Notes under the pieces: generated by a model
The model's database searches: none
Seen by the model: the letters and a program-made list of their open reading frames with translations, nothing else
What the model was told of the DNA's origin: nothing
Made by a program: the position numbers and the translations under genes
Origin: Fimbriimonadales bacterium
GTDB taxonomy: Bacteria; Armatimonadota; Fimbriimonadia; Fimbriimonadales; JABRVX01
DNA length: 64,000 nucleotides
NCBI GenBank assembly: GCA_045862955.1
Contig: BTVI01000004.1
Span: 43,770 to 107,769, forward strand
Reading direction: 5' to 3'
Part shown: in pieces, positions 20,662 through 31,540 of the stretch
Position numbering within the stretch: the stretch's first letter is position 1
How the letters are laid out: every line of letters starts with the position of its first letter

Positions 20662-21417
20662 ATGAACTACGCCGTCCGAGCTATCGTTGCGATCGTCGCT
20701 CTGATCGTTTTGCCCACCAGCTCTGCCTTCTCGCAAGACACTGGGGAACATGCTCGCGCGCTGGTGGAGCAGGCGCTGTCCGCTTGGACCGCTCAAGAGT
20801 CGCTCTGCTTCCACGCGACCGGGACTACTAGCACAGGTGACAGCACGGTTCGTTTCTCGGTCACGGTCTGGAAGTCCGGCTCCGACAAGGTGCGACTTCA
20901 GTACCTGGAAGGTAATGACGCATCCTCGCTGATTCTTCTCGTTGCCGATGGCAAGAACGTGTGGCGCTGGAACCAGGCCCGGAAGGAGTATCAGCAGCTC
21001 CGCGCGCCGGGCGGTGGCGCGAACCTGTTGGCGCTGATGAGCAGTCTTGCGCCGGCCAACGCCACAGGAGCGCTGCGACTCGTGATGGGCGACTCGGAGC
21101 TCGTCCCGGCGGGTCAGTATCTCGTGACCGGGTCCCCACCCGGCACCTCGGGAGGAACGCGGGTCGTCCAGTGCTCTGCCACCAGGGGAGTCGGCAAGGC
21201 TGAGACGGGTTCGCGCGTCAGCTTTCACATCGTGGAAGGGGAGACCGGGCCGTGGTTACAAGAGGTGCGGATGAGCCAGACGCGTGTTACCGCACGAAGC
21301 CTCGCGCGCGTGTCGTGGACAGGGGCTTTCGTCCAGGGCAAGGACCTCGGTCCGGAGGGCTTTGCCTTTGTCCCTCCACCAGGCTCACGCTGTGTCGGCG
21401 TGTACGATTCGCCCTAG
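20662..21417 (+). CDS. LolA-like/DUF2092 periplasmic protein
   Basis: Signal peptide, LVADGKNVW, C-terminal F.FVPPPG. Confidence 0.6.
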   Translation: MNYAVRAIVAIVALIVLPTSSAFSQDTGEHARALVEQALSAWTAQESLCFHATGTTSTGDSTVRFSVTVWKSGSDKVRLQYLEGNDASSLILLVADGKNVWRWNQARKEYQQLRAPGGGANLLALMSSLAPANATGALRLVMGDSELVPAGQYLVTGSPPGTSGGTRVVQCSATRGVGKAETGSRVSFHIVEGETGPWLQEVRMSQTRVTARSLARVSWTGAFVQGKDLGPEGFAFVPPPGSRCVGVYDSP

Positions 21418-21516
21418 CGGCTCCGCCGGCCACCACCTAGCCTTCGGGGTAAAATCCAACTCACACGCCGGCAGGGCTCACCGTGCTGGGCCCTGCCTTA
21501 TTCTGGAGGGCCCTCA

Positions 21517-23862
21517 ATGGCGAACGGTTCCCCAGCGTTCGAGCGCGTTGTCGTGATTGGCGCAGGCGTCATGGGATCGGGCATCGCGGCACACCTAGCG
21601 AACTTGGGTCGGCAAGTTTCTCTCCTCGACGTTCCCCCGTCCAGCTTAACAGACGAAGAGCAGGCGCGCGGCGCGACACTGTCGGATGCGGAAGTCCGTC
21701 TGCGAGTCGTACACAGTCTTTGGGACCGAGCGAGGAATGCGCGGCCCCCGCACTTCTATCTCCCCGATACCGCAGACAACGTCCGGCTCGGGAATGTGGA
21801 GGACCACCTCGATTGGGTGCGGGATGCCGACTGGGTGGTCGAGGCCGTGGTAGAGAAGATGGATGTGAAGCGGGACCTTTACGCCAAGCTGGACCCGCTG
21901 CTCGGGCCCGACACGCTAATCACCACCAACACATCTGGGCTCCGCATCTCCGAGCTGGCCGAGGGGCGGAGCGAGCCCTTCCGCAAACGGTTCGTGGGCA
22001 CTCACTTCTTTAACCCCCCTCGGTACCTCAAGCTGCTGGAGATCATCCCCACCCCCGAGTCGGACCCGGACGTGGTATCGCAGGTGGTAGCTGCATCCGA
22101 GGACGAATGGGCGAAACGCGTGGTAGTAGCCCGAGATACGCCGGGCTTCATCGCGAACCGTATCGGAATGTTCTGCATCGTGCAAGCCGTTCACGCTGCG
22201 TTGGAAACCGGGCTGAGCATCGAAGAAGTGGACGCGCTGACGGGCCCTCTGCTCGGGCGACCCCGGACCGGCACATTCCGCCTGCACGACCTTATCGGGC
22301 TCGATATCGTGGAAGACGTTGCGGGTAATCAGTATCGGCGCCTGACGCACGATCGGTATCGAGACCTCCTTCAGTTGCCTGAGCCGATGAAGAAGATGCT
22401 GGCCGATGGGCGTCTCGGCAACAAGAGCGGCCAGGGATTTTACAAGCGCGAAGGCAAGGCATTCCTTACACTAGACCTCGCGACGATGGAATACCGCGAG
22501 GCGGTAGAGCCACAGATCGAAGGGATTGCGGAGCTGTCCAAGGCGCCATGGGGCGAGCGTCTGAACCGGCTACTACTTCGCGACGACCGTGCTGGAGAGT
22601 TCCTTCGCAAGCACCTCGTCACGTCGCTCACCTATGCCATTTACTGCACACCGGAGATCTCGGACACCCTGCTCGGTGTGGACCGCGTGATGCGCTGGGG
22701 ATTCGGGTGGGAGCTCGGACCCTTCGAGATGGTGGACGCCATCGGTATCAAGCCATTCGTGGACTTCGTTGGTGCCCAAGGGCTTACCGTGCCGCCACTG
22801 CTGGCCGAGGTCCACGACGCTGGGCTGAGCGGCTTCTACCGCAAGGAAGGCGGCGAGATGGCCTACTATGATATGCCGAGCAAGGAACTGACTACCCTGC
22901 CCCACGACCCACGCTACATCGTGCTCGCAGACCTGAAGGCGAAGACCAGCCCGGTGTTCGAGACGAAAGAGGCGAGCCTCCTGGATCTCGGCGACAACGT
23001 GCTGTGTCTCGAGTTCCACACCAAGATGAACGCGCTCACCCCGGAGATGCCGCACGCGGTGATCGAGGCCGTGCGCCGCGCGGAAGCAGACCGGAAGGCA
23101 CTGGTACTGGGGAACGAAGGGCGGGGATTTAGTTGCGGCTTCGACCTGCGGACGTTCCTCGACCTGATGGAGGCGAGGGACTGGACCCGGATGGAGCAGA
23201 TACTGCGTGACCTACAGGCGGCTTCCAAGGCCTTGCGGTACTCCTCGGCTCCCGTAGTCGCAGCCGTCCACGGCTTTGCGCTGGGTGGTGGGCTGGAGCT
23301 GCCCATGCACTGCGCGCGGATCGTCGCGGCGCCGGAGACCAGCATCGGCCTACCCGAAGTGACGGTCGGCGTCATCCCCGGCGCCGGCGGGACCACGACG
23401 ATGGCCCTGCGCAATCCAGGGCTGGAGCAGCGGCTGGAGGCGTTCAAGCTGGTGGCGAAGGGAGAGAAGTCGGCCAACGCCGATCAGGCCCGACGAATGG
23501 GCTACCTGGAGACGCGGGACGTGACGTGCTACAACGCCGACCAACTGCTGTACGTCGCCAAGCAACTGGCTCGGCAGACGTGCGAGCCGCGCAGATACGA
23601 AGCGATCCCGGGACTCGGCTCACGGTTCGGTGATGCTGTGAAGCGGTGGTTGGATTCGGAGTCTGCAGCAGGCAATCTGCTGGAGTACGACCTCGTGATG
23701 GCGCGAGCCGTAGCCGCGGTAATGGCATCGGATCGTGACGTTCTGACCGAGGACGAGATGCTGGAGCGAGAGCGAGAGCAGTTCCTTTCCGTCGTCCAGA
23801 ACAAGGGCAGCAGTGATCGTATCCGGCACATGCTGGAGACGGGCAAGCCGTTGAGAAACTGA
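21517..23862 (+). CDS. fadN: 3-hydroxyacyl-CoA dehydrogenase/enoyl-CoA hydratase (FadN-type)
   Basis: GAGVMG, NTSG, THFFNPPRY, GFIANRIG, ALGGGLE, GLPEVTVGVIP, C-terminal GKPLRN. Confidence 0.9.
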   Translation: MANGSPAFERVVVIGAGVMGSGIAAHLANLGRQVSLLDVPPSSLTDEEQARGATLSDAEVRLRVVHSLWDRARNARPPHFYLPDTADNVRLGNVEDHLDWVRDADWVVEAVVEKMDVKRDLYAKLDPLLGPDTLITTNTSGLRISELAEGRSEPFRKRFVGTHFFNPPRYLKLLEIIPTPESDPDVVSQVVAASEDEWAKRVVVARDTPGFIANRIGMFCIVQAVHAALETGLSIEEVDALTGPLLGRPRTGTFRLHDLIGLDIVEDVAGNQYRRLTHDRYRDLLQLPEPMKKMLADGRLGNKSGQGFYKREGKAFLTLDLATMEYREAVEPQIEGIAELSKAPWGERLNRLLLRDDRAGEFLRKHLVTSLTYAIYCTPEISDTLLGVDRVMRWGFGWELGPFEMVDAIGIKPFVDFVGAQGLTVPPLLAEVHDAGLSGFYRKEGGEMAYYDMPSKELTTLPHDPRYIVLADLKAKTSPVFETKEASLLDLGDNVLCLEFHTKMNALTPEMPHAVIEAVRRAEADRKALVLGNEGRGFSCGFDLRTFLDLMEARDWTRMEQILRDLQAASKALRYSSAPVVAAVHGFALGGGLELPMHCARIVAAPETSIGLPEVTVGVIPGAGGTTTMALRNPGLEQRLEAFKLVAKGEKSANADQARRMGYLETRDVTCYNADQLLYVAKQLARQTCEPRRYEAIPGLGSRFGDAVKRWLDSESAAGNLLEYDLVMARAVAAVMASDRDVLTEDEMLEREREQFLSVVQNKGSSDRIRHMLETGKPLRN

Positions 23863-23893
23863 CACAGGCTGAGCCGAGAAGGGGGCACCGAGG

Positions 23894-24643
23894 TTGAAGA
23901 TACTGGTACCGATCAAGCGCGTCCCGGACCCATACGCCAAGATACGCATTCGTCCGGACGGCACCGGGATCGATGAGACAGGGCTGAAATGGGAAATCAA
24001 CCCGTTCGACGAGATCGCCGTCGAGGAAGCCGTGCGAACGCGAGAGGCGGGCAAGTGCGAGGACGTGCTGGTGGTCAGCACTGGCGGTGCCGAGTGTCAG
24101 GAGCAGCTTCGAAAGGCGTTGGCCATCGGTGCGGACCGGGCGCTGCTGGTCGAGCATTCGGGCACGTTGGAGCCTCTGGACACCGCGCGCGTGCTGAAAG
24201 CCGTTTTCGAGCGGGAACAGCCGACCGTGGTACTGATGGGGAAGCAGGCGATAGACGACGACTTCAACCAAACGGGCCAGATGCTTGCCGGGATGCTCGG
24301 CCTGCCCCAAGCCACCTTTGCCTCGAAGATCGAATGGCTGGACGGCGAGGCCCGCGTGTCACGAGAGGTGGACACGGGTATCGAGACCATTCGGGTGAAG
24401 TTGCCAGCCGTGATCACTACGGACCTTCGACTGAACGAGCCCCGCTACGTGCCTCTGCCGGGCATCATCCGCGCCCGCACGAAGCCTCTAGAGACCGTGT
24501 CGCTGAAGGACCTGGGCGTTAGCCCCACTCGCTGCATCGAGATCACCGGAATGGCCGAGCCTCCCGCCCGGCCGCCGGGAAGGAAGGTCGGTTCGGTGGA
24601 TGAGTTGCTCACAGCGCTGAAGGAGGAGGCCAAGGTTCTATGA
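23894..24643 (+). CDS. etfB: Electron transfer flavoprotein beta subunit
   Basis: INPFDEIAVEEA, GKQAIDDD, LNEPRY. Confidence 0.95.
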   Translation: MKILVPIKRVPDPYAKIRIRPDGTGIDETGLKWEINPFDEIAVEEAVRTREAGKCEDVLVVSTGGAECQEQLRKALAIGADRALLVEHSGTLEPLDTARVLKAVFEREQPTVVLMGKQAIDDDFNQTGQMLAGMLGLPQATFASKIEWLDGEARVSREVDTGIETIRVKLPAVITTDLRLNEPRYVPLPGIIRARTKPLETVSLKDLGVSPTRCIEITGMAEPPARPPGRKVGSVDELLTALKEEAKVL

Positions 24644-25581
24644 GTCGGCTGCTGGTGATCGCCGAGACCAACGGTTCCGCGCTGCTTCCGGCGACCGGCG
24701 CCGCATGCTCCTTTGCCCAGCTTTCCGGCTTGCCCTTCGACTTGCTGGCCATCGGCAGCGGGGTGGCCGCCGGCGAGTACGGTGAGATGGGTGCCGAACG
24801 GGTGCTGATTGCGAACGACTCTCGGTTGGGCAGGCCGCTTGCGGACCGCTATGCCGCCGTGGTTGCGGAGGTGTTCCGGGCCGGAGGGTACAGCCACGCT
24901 TGTTTGTCCTCGACAACCTTCGGTCGTGACCTTCTGCCGAGGGTGGGGGCGCTCGTCGGTGCGCCGATGCTGAGCGACGTCTTGGAGATCGTGGACATGC
25001 AGGGCGGCGTGTTCCGACGGCCCATGTACGCGGGAGCTGTCATCGCAACGGTTAAGGTTTCGACCGTGCCGTTGCTGCTCTCCGTTCGACACACGGCGTT
25101 TTCGAAGCCCGAGACCCGCGCGTCTTCAGTAGCGGAGACGGTGAGTGTGGGCGAGCTGCCCTCCGGCATGGAGTGGGAGTCGGAGCAGACCAGCTCGACC
25201 GGGCGGCCCGACCTTACCCAAGCGCGCGTCGTGGTAAGTGGTGGGCGACCGCTGAAGGACGCTGCTACTTTCGAAGAGCACATCGGCGAGCTGGCGGACC
25301 TGTTGGGTGGCGCCGTGGGCGCCACGCGTGCGGCGGTGGACGCGGGGATCGTCGGCAACGACCTACAGGTCGGACAGACGGGAAAGATGGTCGCTCCTGA
25401 CCTTTACTTCGCCATCGGCATATCTGGTTCGACGCAGCACCTGGCTGGGATGAGCAGCTCGAAGGTGATCGTGGCAATCAACAAGGACCCGGAAGCGCCC
25501 GTGTTCGAGGTCGCCGATTACGGCCTGGTCGCGGACCTCTTCGTCGCCGTCCCAGAGCTGAAAGCGAAGCTGCGGGGGTAG
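24640..25581 (+). CDS. etfA: Electron transfer flavoprotein alpha subunit
   Basis: RPMYAG, VVSGGR, QVGQTGK, GISGSTQHLAG, AINKD. Confidence 0.95.
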   Translation: MSRLLVIAETNGSALLPATGAACSFAQLSGLPFDLLAIGSGVAAGEYGEMGAERVLIANDSRLGRPLADRYAAVVAEVFRAGGYSHACLSSTTFGRDLLPRVGALVGAPMLSDVLEIVDMQGGVFRRPMYAGAVIATVKVSTVPLLLSVRHTAFSKPETRASSVAETVSVGELPSGMEWESEQTSSTGRPDLTQARVVVSGGRPLKDAATFEEHIGELADLLGGAVGATRAAVDAGIVGNDLQVGQTGKMVAPDLYFAIGISGSTQHLAGMSSSKVIVAINKDPEAPVFEVADYGLVADLFVAVPELKAKLRG

Positions 25582-25729
25582 GCGCTAAGCAGATGCCACG
25601 CCTGCCCCGCTGCCACGATGGAGGCGGTACGGTAGGCTACTGTGCGTTGACGGTCAGCGGCCCGATTAGGTATAAGACCGGCGGCTGCGGCCGCGTCGTC
25701 AGAACGCAAGGAAGCGCTCTTGCCAAAGA

Positions 25730-28543
25730 ATGGGAGTCATTGACGTCATGCCAAGCTCACTTATCCGATCCGCTTTGTGTAAGAGGGCCACGCGCAGTGT
25801 GCGCCCTCTCTTTCTGTTCCTAGCCACGATCTGCCCGCTCGGGGCATTCGCCTCCACCGAGGCCAGCATCCGGCTGCAATTCTCACAGAACGACCTCACC
25901 TTCCTGTACGTCTCTCTCGGGTTTGCCATCTTATCGATCGCTTTCGGGGCGTTTCTCCGTTTCTCCGTACTCAAGCAAAGCCCCGGCAACGAGAAGATGC
26001 AAGAGGTGTCCCGTGCGATTCGGGAGGGCGCTTTGGCCTATCTGCGCAAGCAGGTCGCGACCATGTCCATCATGGTCATTCTGCTGGCGGTGGGGCTTTA
26101 CTTCCTCTATGTCGGCAATCCCTTGTACGGTCCTGTGATGGCCTTGTGGCTAGCTGTGTGCTTCGTGGCCGGTGTCGCCGCGTCTTACATCGCGGGATAC
26201 GTGGGCATGGGCATGGCGGTCATGGCAAACACTCGGACCGCGAACGCGGCCCTGACCACCAGCAAGGGGTCCATAGAGACGGCATTCCGGGCGGGTGGTG
26301 TCTCCGGAATGTTCACGGTCGGTATGGGTCTGCTCGGGGCCACGCTCATCTTCTTGTTCGCCCGTGAGCAGGCGATGCGGCTGCTGATCGGCTTCGGCTT
26401 CGGCGGCTCGCTGGCGGCGCTCTTCATGCGTGTCGGCGGCGGTATCTACACCAAGGCAGCCGACGTCGGGGCGGACTTGGTGGGCAAAGTGGAAGCGGGC
26501 ATTCCGGAAGACGATCCGCGCAACCCCGCCACGATCGCGGACAACGTCGGTGACAACGTCGGCGATTGTGCAGGTATGGCAGCCGACGTCTTCGAGAGCT
26601 ACGAGGTCACGCTGGTAGCAGCGATCATTCTGGGAGCAGCTACGGCAGCCATCTTCCCCGCTGGTTCCACCGCGTGGATGAAGCTGATCATCTTCGCTCT
26701 CATCGCCCGTGGCCTAGGGGTACTGGCGTCCGGGATCGGCATACTCGGAATGCGAGGGTCGGAGAACGTCGATTCGAATCCTCTGACGTTCATCTCGAGA
26801 GGCTTCTGGATCTCGGCAGTAGTTGCAGCGGGCCTCACCTGGGCCTTTGCCTACTACTACATGCAGGACATAAAGATCATCGGCGACGTTACTGTCGAGT
26901 GGTGGCGGTTCGCGCTTGCACTCACGTTCGGCATCGTGATGGCCTACGCTATCGAGCGCCTGACCGACTACTACGTGTCTACGCACAAAAGGCCGGTCAC
27001 GGAAGTGGCTATGATCTCTCGTACCGGCCCGGCGCCGATGGTAATCCAGGGTTTCTCCTACGGGATGGAATCCAGCGTCTGGTCTCTGTTCGCGATCGTG
27101 GTCGCCCTGCTGACGCCGCTGTTCATCTTCCCGCCCAGCACGTTCGCCGGCACCCTGCTCAGCTTCTACGGCATCGCCTTGACAGGTCTGGGCCTCTTGA
27201 CTACTACCGGCTACATCCTGGCGATGGACACCTTCGGCCCCATCTCGGACAACGCTCAGGGTGTGTTCGAGATGTCCGGCGCAATGAAGGAACTGGACGA
27301 AGCGGACGCCGGGGGAGAGCGGTCGGTGCGTGCGCACAAAATCGTCCAGCGGCTGGACGCCGCCGGCAACACCACCAAGGCTCTGACGAAGGGCTTCGCG
27401 ATCGCGACCGCCGTAGTTGCGGCGACCGCATTGTTCCACTCGTTCGTGGAAGACGCAAACCTCGCTGGCCACGTCTCGAAGGAGGTTCCGCAGGCGGTAA
27501 AGGATCGGCAACTCTCGCCCGGCGAAGCGGATATGGCTCAGGCGATCACGCAGCTGTCTCCGGGCGCCGATGGCAAGGAGGTCATCGATCGGGCTCGGAC
27601 GGCACTGATGGGCACGGGTAAGTCGGACCCGACGGACGCCGAGGTGGGTCGCGTCCTACAGCTTGCCATCGTCCCGCTGATCCCGGCGGACATGGTGATG
27701 GGTACCAGGCCGTCTGTCTCCCCGGAAGACATCTACAAGAACCTGCCGGATGCGGCGCTTTTGGCGACTGGCACCAAGCGCCCGCCCACGGGCTTGCCGG
27801 TGGACATACCGCAGATCTTCCTCGGCCTGCTGATTGGCGGCGCCGCCCCGTTCCTGTTCGGCGCGTACTCCATCAACGCCGTCGGCCGCGCAGCGTTCAA
27901 GCTGATCGAAGAGGTTCGGAGACAGTTCCGAGCCGATCCGGGCATCATGGAGGGCACCAGCAAGCCGGACTACGGACGCTGCGTGTCCATCGTGACCGCG
28001 GCCGCGCAGCAGGAGCTGTTGAGCCCCGGCATCATCGCCATCGCACTTCCCTGCCTGGTCGGCTTCGGCATGGGATTCGGCGCGCAAGAGGTGACCATCG
28101 GCGGCAAGCAGTTCGTGTTGACGGGCGCGCAGGCACTCGGCGGCTATCTCGCAGGCGCGATCCTCTCCGGCCAGCTACTCGCGGTGCTGCTCGCGAATAG
28201 TGGCGGCATTTGGGACAACGCCAAGAAGAAGATCGAGGACGGCATGTACGGCGGGAAGGGTACTGACGAGCACAAAGCAGGCGTCGTCGTGGACACGGTC
28301 GGCGATCCGTTCAAGGATACGGCCGGCCCTGCCATGAACCCGTTGATCAAGGTCATGAACCTCGTCAGCCTGCTGCTCGCGCCCGTGATGATCCAGCCGA
28401 TGTCCAACACGGTGCGAGCAATCGTAGTGGTGGCTTGCATCGCAGCACTCGGCGTGGCGGTGTTCCTGAGCAAGCGGGGTTCACTCGCCAGCGAGTTGGC
28501 TCAGGTCGGCCCGGGTGAGGAGCGACCTGCTCTGGAGGCCTAG
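25730..28543 (+). CDS. hppA: Membrane-bound H+/Na+-translocating pyrophosphatase, K+-independent signature (start uncertain)
   Basis: DVGADLVGKVE, EDDPRNP, DNVGDNVGDCAG, GNTTKA, WDNAKK, DTVGDPFKDT. Confidence 0.93.
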   Translation: MGVIDVMPSSLIRSALCKRATRSVRPLFLFLATICPLGAFASTEASIRLQFSQNDLTFLYVSLGFAILSIAFGAFLRFSVLKQSPGNEKMQEVSRAIREGALAYLRKQVATMSIMVILLAVGLYFLYVGNPLYGPVMALWLAVCFVAGVAASYIAGYVGMGMAVMANTRTANAALTTSKGSIETAFRAGGVSGMFTVGMGLLGATLIFLFAREQAMRLLIGFGFGGSLAALFMRVGGGIYTKAADVGADLVGKVEAGIPEDDPRNPATIADNVGDNVGDCAGMAADVFESYEVTLVAAIILGAATAAIFPAGSTAWMKLIIFALIARGLGVLASGIGILGMRGSENVDSNPLTFISRGFWISAVVAAGLTWAFAYYYMQDIKIIGDVTVEWWRFALALTFGIVMAYAIERLTDYYVSTHKRPVTEVAMISRTGPAPMVIQGFSYGMESSVWSLFAIVVALLTPLFIFPPSTFAGTLLSFYGIALTGLGLLTTTGYILAMDTFGPISDNAQGVFEMSGAMKELDEADAGGERSVRAHKIVQRLDAAGNTTKALTKGFAIATAVVAATALFHSFVEDANLAGHVSKEVPQAVKDRQLSPGEADMAQAITQLSPGADGKEVIDRARTALMGTGKSDPTDAEVGRVLQLAIVPLIPADMVMGTRPSVSPEDIYKNLPDAALLATGTKRPPTGLPVDIPQIFLGLLIGGAAPFLFGAYSINAVGRAAFKLIEEVRRQFRADPGIMEGTSKPDYGRCVSIVTAAAQQELLSPGIIAIALPCLVGFGMGFGAQEVTIGGKQFVLTGAQALGGYLAGAILSGQLLAVLLANSGGIWDNAKKKIEDGMYGGKGTDEHKAGVVVDTVGDPFKDTAGPAMNPLIKVMNLVSLLLAPVMIQPMSNTVRAIVVVACIAALGVAVFLSKRGSLASELAQVGPGEERPALEA

Positions 28544-28606
28544 CGACGTTGGCCGGAGCCGCCTGGTGGCGGCTCCGGCTCCCAGATCTCAATCCCCGGG
28601 GGACCC

Positions 28607-29476
28607 ATGTCAATTCTAGTCAACTCGGACACCAAAGTTCTCGTTCAGGGCATCACAGGGCGCGAAGGCGAGTTCCACACGCGTCAGATGCTCGCTTATG
28701 GGACCAAGGTGGTCGGGGGGGTCACTCCCGGGAAGGGCGGGCAGACGTTCCTGGATCTGCCGGTGTTCGACAGCGTGGCCGAGGCAGTGCGCGAGACCGG
28801 AGCCAACGCGACTGCCATCTTCGTGCCCGCACCGTTCGCCCCGGATGCGGTTCTCGAGGCCGCGGACGCAGGCATCGAGGTGATCGTGTGTATCACCGAG
28901 GGCATCCCTACCCACGACATGGTGCGCGTGTGCAGCAAGCTGCGGGAGCGCAGTCGAGCGCGCCTCATTGGGCCGAATTGCCCAGGCGTAATCACGCCAG
29001 CTCAGTGCAAGATCGGAATCATGCCCGGGCACATTTTTGCTCCTGGCCCGGTCGGGCTGGTCTCGCGAAGCGGGACCCTGACCTACGAGATCGTGTGGGA
29101 GCTGACGCGAGCCGGGTTCGGGCAGACAACCGCGATCGGGATAGGGGGCGACCCCGTGCTCGGCACCCGCTTTATTGACGTGTTGCCCCTCTTCGAGCAG
29201 GACCCTGAGACCCGGATCGTAGTTCTCGTGGGCGAGATCGGCGGTACGGACGAAGAGGTTGCGGCGGAGTACATAAAGACGATGTCGAAGCCTGTCGTCG
29301 GCTTCGTGTCCGGTCGGACGGCGCCGCCAGGAAAGCGGATGGGCCATGCCGGGGCGATTATCAGCGGCGGGCAGGGCGGAGCCGATTCGAAGCTCGCGGC
29401 GTTGGCTGCGGCAGGCGTCGCGATCGCCGACACGACCTCGGAAATCGCAAATCTTGTGAAAACCCTCGCAAGGTAA
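28607..29476 (+). CDS. sucD: Succinyl-CoA ligase alpha subunit
   Basis: [27 protein letters not shown]. Confidence 0.96.
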   Translation: MSILVNSDTKVLVQGITGREGEFHTRQMLAYGTKVVGGVTPGKGGQTFLDLPVFDSVAEAVRETGANATAIFVPAPFAPDAVLEAADAGIEVIVCITEGIPTHDMVRVCSKLRERSRARLIGPNCPGVITPAQCKIGIMPGHIFAPGPVGLVSRSGTLTYEIVWELTRAGFGQTTAIGIGGDPVLGTRFIDVLPLFEQDPETRIVVLVGEIGGTDEEVAAEYIKTMSKPVVGFVSGRTAPPGKRMGHAGAIISGGQGGADSKLAALAAAGVAIADTTSEIANLVKTLAR

Positions 29477-29548
29477 CCGATTGCTAGCAATGGATAGCCT
29501 CACGAAATTCTGGTAGAATAGAGGCACCACCGGCGAACTGAGGTCGCA

Positions 29549-30094
29549 ATGGCAATCTCCGATGACACCATAGTTCTTGCGGAACGCCTCTCGGACCAGT
29601 TCGCTCGCATAATGTTCCGCAGCATGAGTGAGCGGCTGGTAGAGGAGTTGACTGCCGCTGAGGTGACCTATCCCCAGTTAGAAGTTCTCCATTACGTCTC
29701 GCGCCACTCGCACGTGAGCGTTGGAGACGTGGCTGCCGGGCTGGAAATCAGTTATCCGAGCGCCACGAACATGATTCAGCGGCTGAACAAGAAGGGCTTG
29801 ATTTCCAAGACCGAGGACCCCCGTGACCGCAGGGCCGTCAACATCACTCTCTCCGAAAAGGGTGCCCGGGTCGTGAACTGGCTAGACCGTGAGCGGAGCA
29901 CCCGCTTTGCCCTAATCCTCGACAAGATGGACCCAGCCGACCGGCAGGCCTTTTTCTGCGCACTCGGACGGTTCGTGTGCTCCGCCATCGAGGCCGACGT
30001 CGCCAGTCCCGACGAGCTGTGCCTCCGATGCGGGCGCGACCAAGTGGATGGGTGCGTGGTGAGGCAGCATGAAGGCAGCGACTTCTGCAAATAG
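29549..30094 (+). CDS. MarR family regulator with Cys-rich C-terminus
   Basis: Winged-helix pattern DPRDRR...LSEKG; tail CLRC...C...C. Confidence 0.85.
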   Translation: MAISDDTIVLAERLSDQFARIMFRSMSERLVEELTAAEVTYPQLEVLHYVSRHSHVSVGDVAAGLEISYPSATNMIQRLNKKGLISKTEDPRDRRAVNITLSEKGARVVNWLDRERSTRFALILDKMDPADRQAFFCALGRFVCSAIEADVASPDELCLRCGRDQVDGCVVRQHEGSDFCK

Positions 30095-31262
30095 CCCCAT
30101 CCCGCCAGGCATTCTGTACCTAGACTATGCGGCCACCACGCCGCTAGCTCCCGAGGTGCTAGAAGCGATGATGCCATTCTTGACATCGTCGTTCGGGAAC
30201 GCCAACACCCTCTACTCCCTCGGGGCGGAGTGCAGGGAGGCCATCCATGCGGCCCGTGAGACGATGGCACGGTTCATCGGCGCGGAGGATCCAAGCGAAG
30301 TCGTGTTCACTTCCGGGGGCACTGAGTCGGATAACGCCGCCATTCGGGGAGTGTGGGAGGCCAACCCGGGGAAGTATGTCGTTTGCTCCTCGATCGAACA
30401 TCACGCTGTACTGGATACGTGCATGGCAGTGGCGGGAGACCGCTGCGTTGTCGTGGATGTCGGGCCGGACGGCATTCTGAGCCCAGACGCGCTGCGGGCC
30501 GCCATGCCGCCTGATCCCTGCTTGGTCAGCGTGATGCACGCAAACAACGAGATCGGCGTCATCCAGCCGATTCGCGAGCTCGCCGCCGTGGCGCACGCGG
30601 CGGGTGCCGTCTTCCACACCGACGCGGTCCAGTCGGCAGGCAAGATCCCGATTGACGTCGTAGAGATGGGGATTGACCTTCTCTCCATCTCTGCGCACAA
30701 GCTCTACGGACCTAAGGGCGTCGGCGTCCTGTACGTGAAAAAGGGTACCAAGCTGAGGACGCAGCAGACGGGCGGAGAGCAAGAACATGGCAAGCGGGGC
30801 GGGACGAGCAACACCCCGGGCATCGTCGGCCTGGCGAAAGCTGCCGAACTCGCGATGGGCGAGATGGCAGATGAGACCGTGCGGCTTCGTGCATTGCGCG
30901 ACCGCCTGATAGACGGCGTGCTGTCGGCGGTTCCCGATTGCAGGCTGACCGGCGCACGCGAGCCGAGGCTACCGCACAACGCACACTTTCTGTTCCGAGG
31001 CTGCGAGGGCGAGTCCATTCTGCTGAACCTCGACCACGTCGGGATCTGCTGCAGCGCAGGTGCGGCGTGCGCGAGTGGTTCCGTAGAGATGTCGCACGTG
31101 CTCCGCGCCCTGCGGATCGAGCCGGAGTGGGGTCAGGGGGCGGTCCGCGTCTCGCTGGGTCGGTACACGACCGAGTCAGACATCGAGCGGGCAATCTCTG
31201 CCCTGGCATCAGCCGTGGAGCAGGTGCGCCGGCTGACCACCGCGCCGCCTCTCATTTCCTGA
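30069..31262 (+). CDS. iscS: Cysteine desulfurase (IscS/NifS type)
   Basis: YLDYAATTP, FTSGGTE, HANNEIG, SAHKLYGPKG, SAGAAC. Confidence 0.9.
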   Translation: MKAATSANSPIPPGILYLDYAATTPLAPEVLEAMMPFLTSSFGNANTLYSLGAECREAIHAARETMARFIGAEDPSEVVFTSGGTESDNAAIRGVWEANPGKYVVCSSIEHHAVLDTCMAVAGDRCVVVDVGPDGILSPDALRAAMPPDPCLVSVMHANNEIGVIQPIRELAAVAHAAGAVFHTDAVQSAGKIPIDVVEMGIDLLSISAHKLYGPKGVGVLYVKKGTKLRTQQTGGEQEHGKRGGTSNTPGIVGLAKAAELAMGEMADETVRLRALRDRLIDGVLSAVPDCRLTGAREPRLPHNAHFLFRGCEGESILLNLDHVGICCSAGAACASGSVEMSHVLRALRIEPEWGQGAVRVSLGRYTTESDIERAISALASAVEQVRRLTTAPPLIS

Positions 31263-31511
31263 CCCCGTCCGCCGTACCCGCCGGCCGGATAGCAGCGAGG
31301 GGACGGCTAGACTGTGGCCCCGAAGGCGGGCCATGGGCCTGGCAAGATTACCTGGCCTGAAGTCCCCCGCGAACGGACGGGGCTTTGGATACGTAATCTA
31401 TGTTGCGCGCGATCGCAGGAACCCGCGCGAAGAGGGTGGAGTGCGCGACACGTTTGAACCCATCTCGTGAAATCATCTTCAGATTCGTGAACATTGCGTG
31501 GGCCAGTAGGG

Positions 31512-31540
31512 TTGACAGGAGCGGCTCGCTGTGTTATCTT
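31512..31540 (+). promoter_or_regulatory. Sigma70-type promoter upstream of the sigma factor gene
   Basis: TTGACA-17 nt-TATCTT with extended TG. Confidence 0.7.

Noticed and set aside
28607..29476. sucD without adjacent sucC as a novelty
   Set aside because: Split sucC/sucD arrangements occur; cannot be judged from one window
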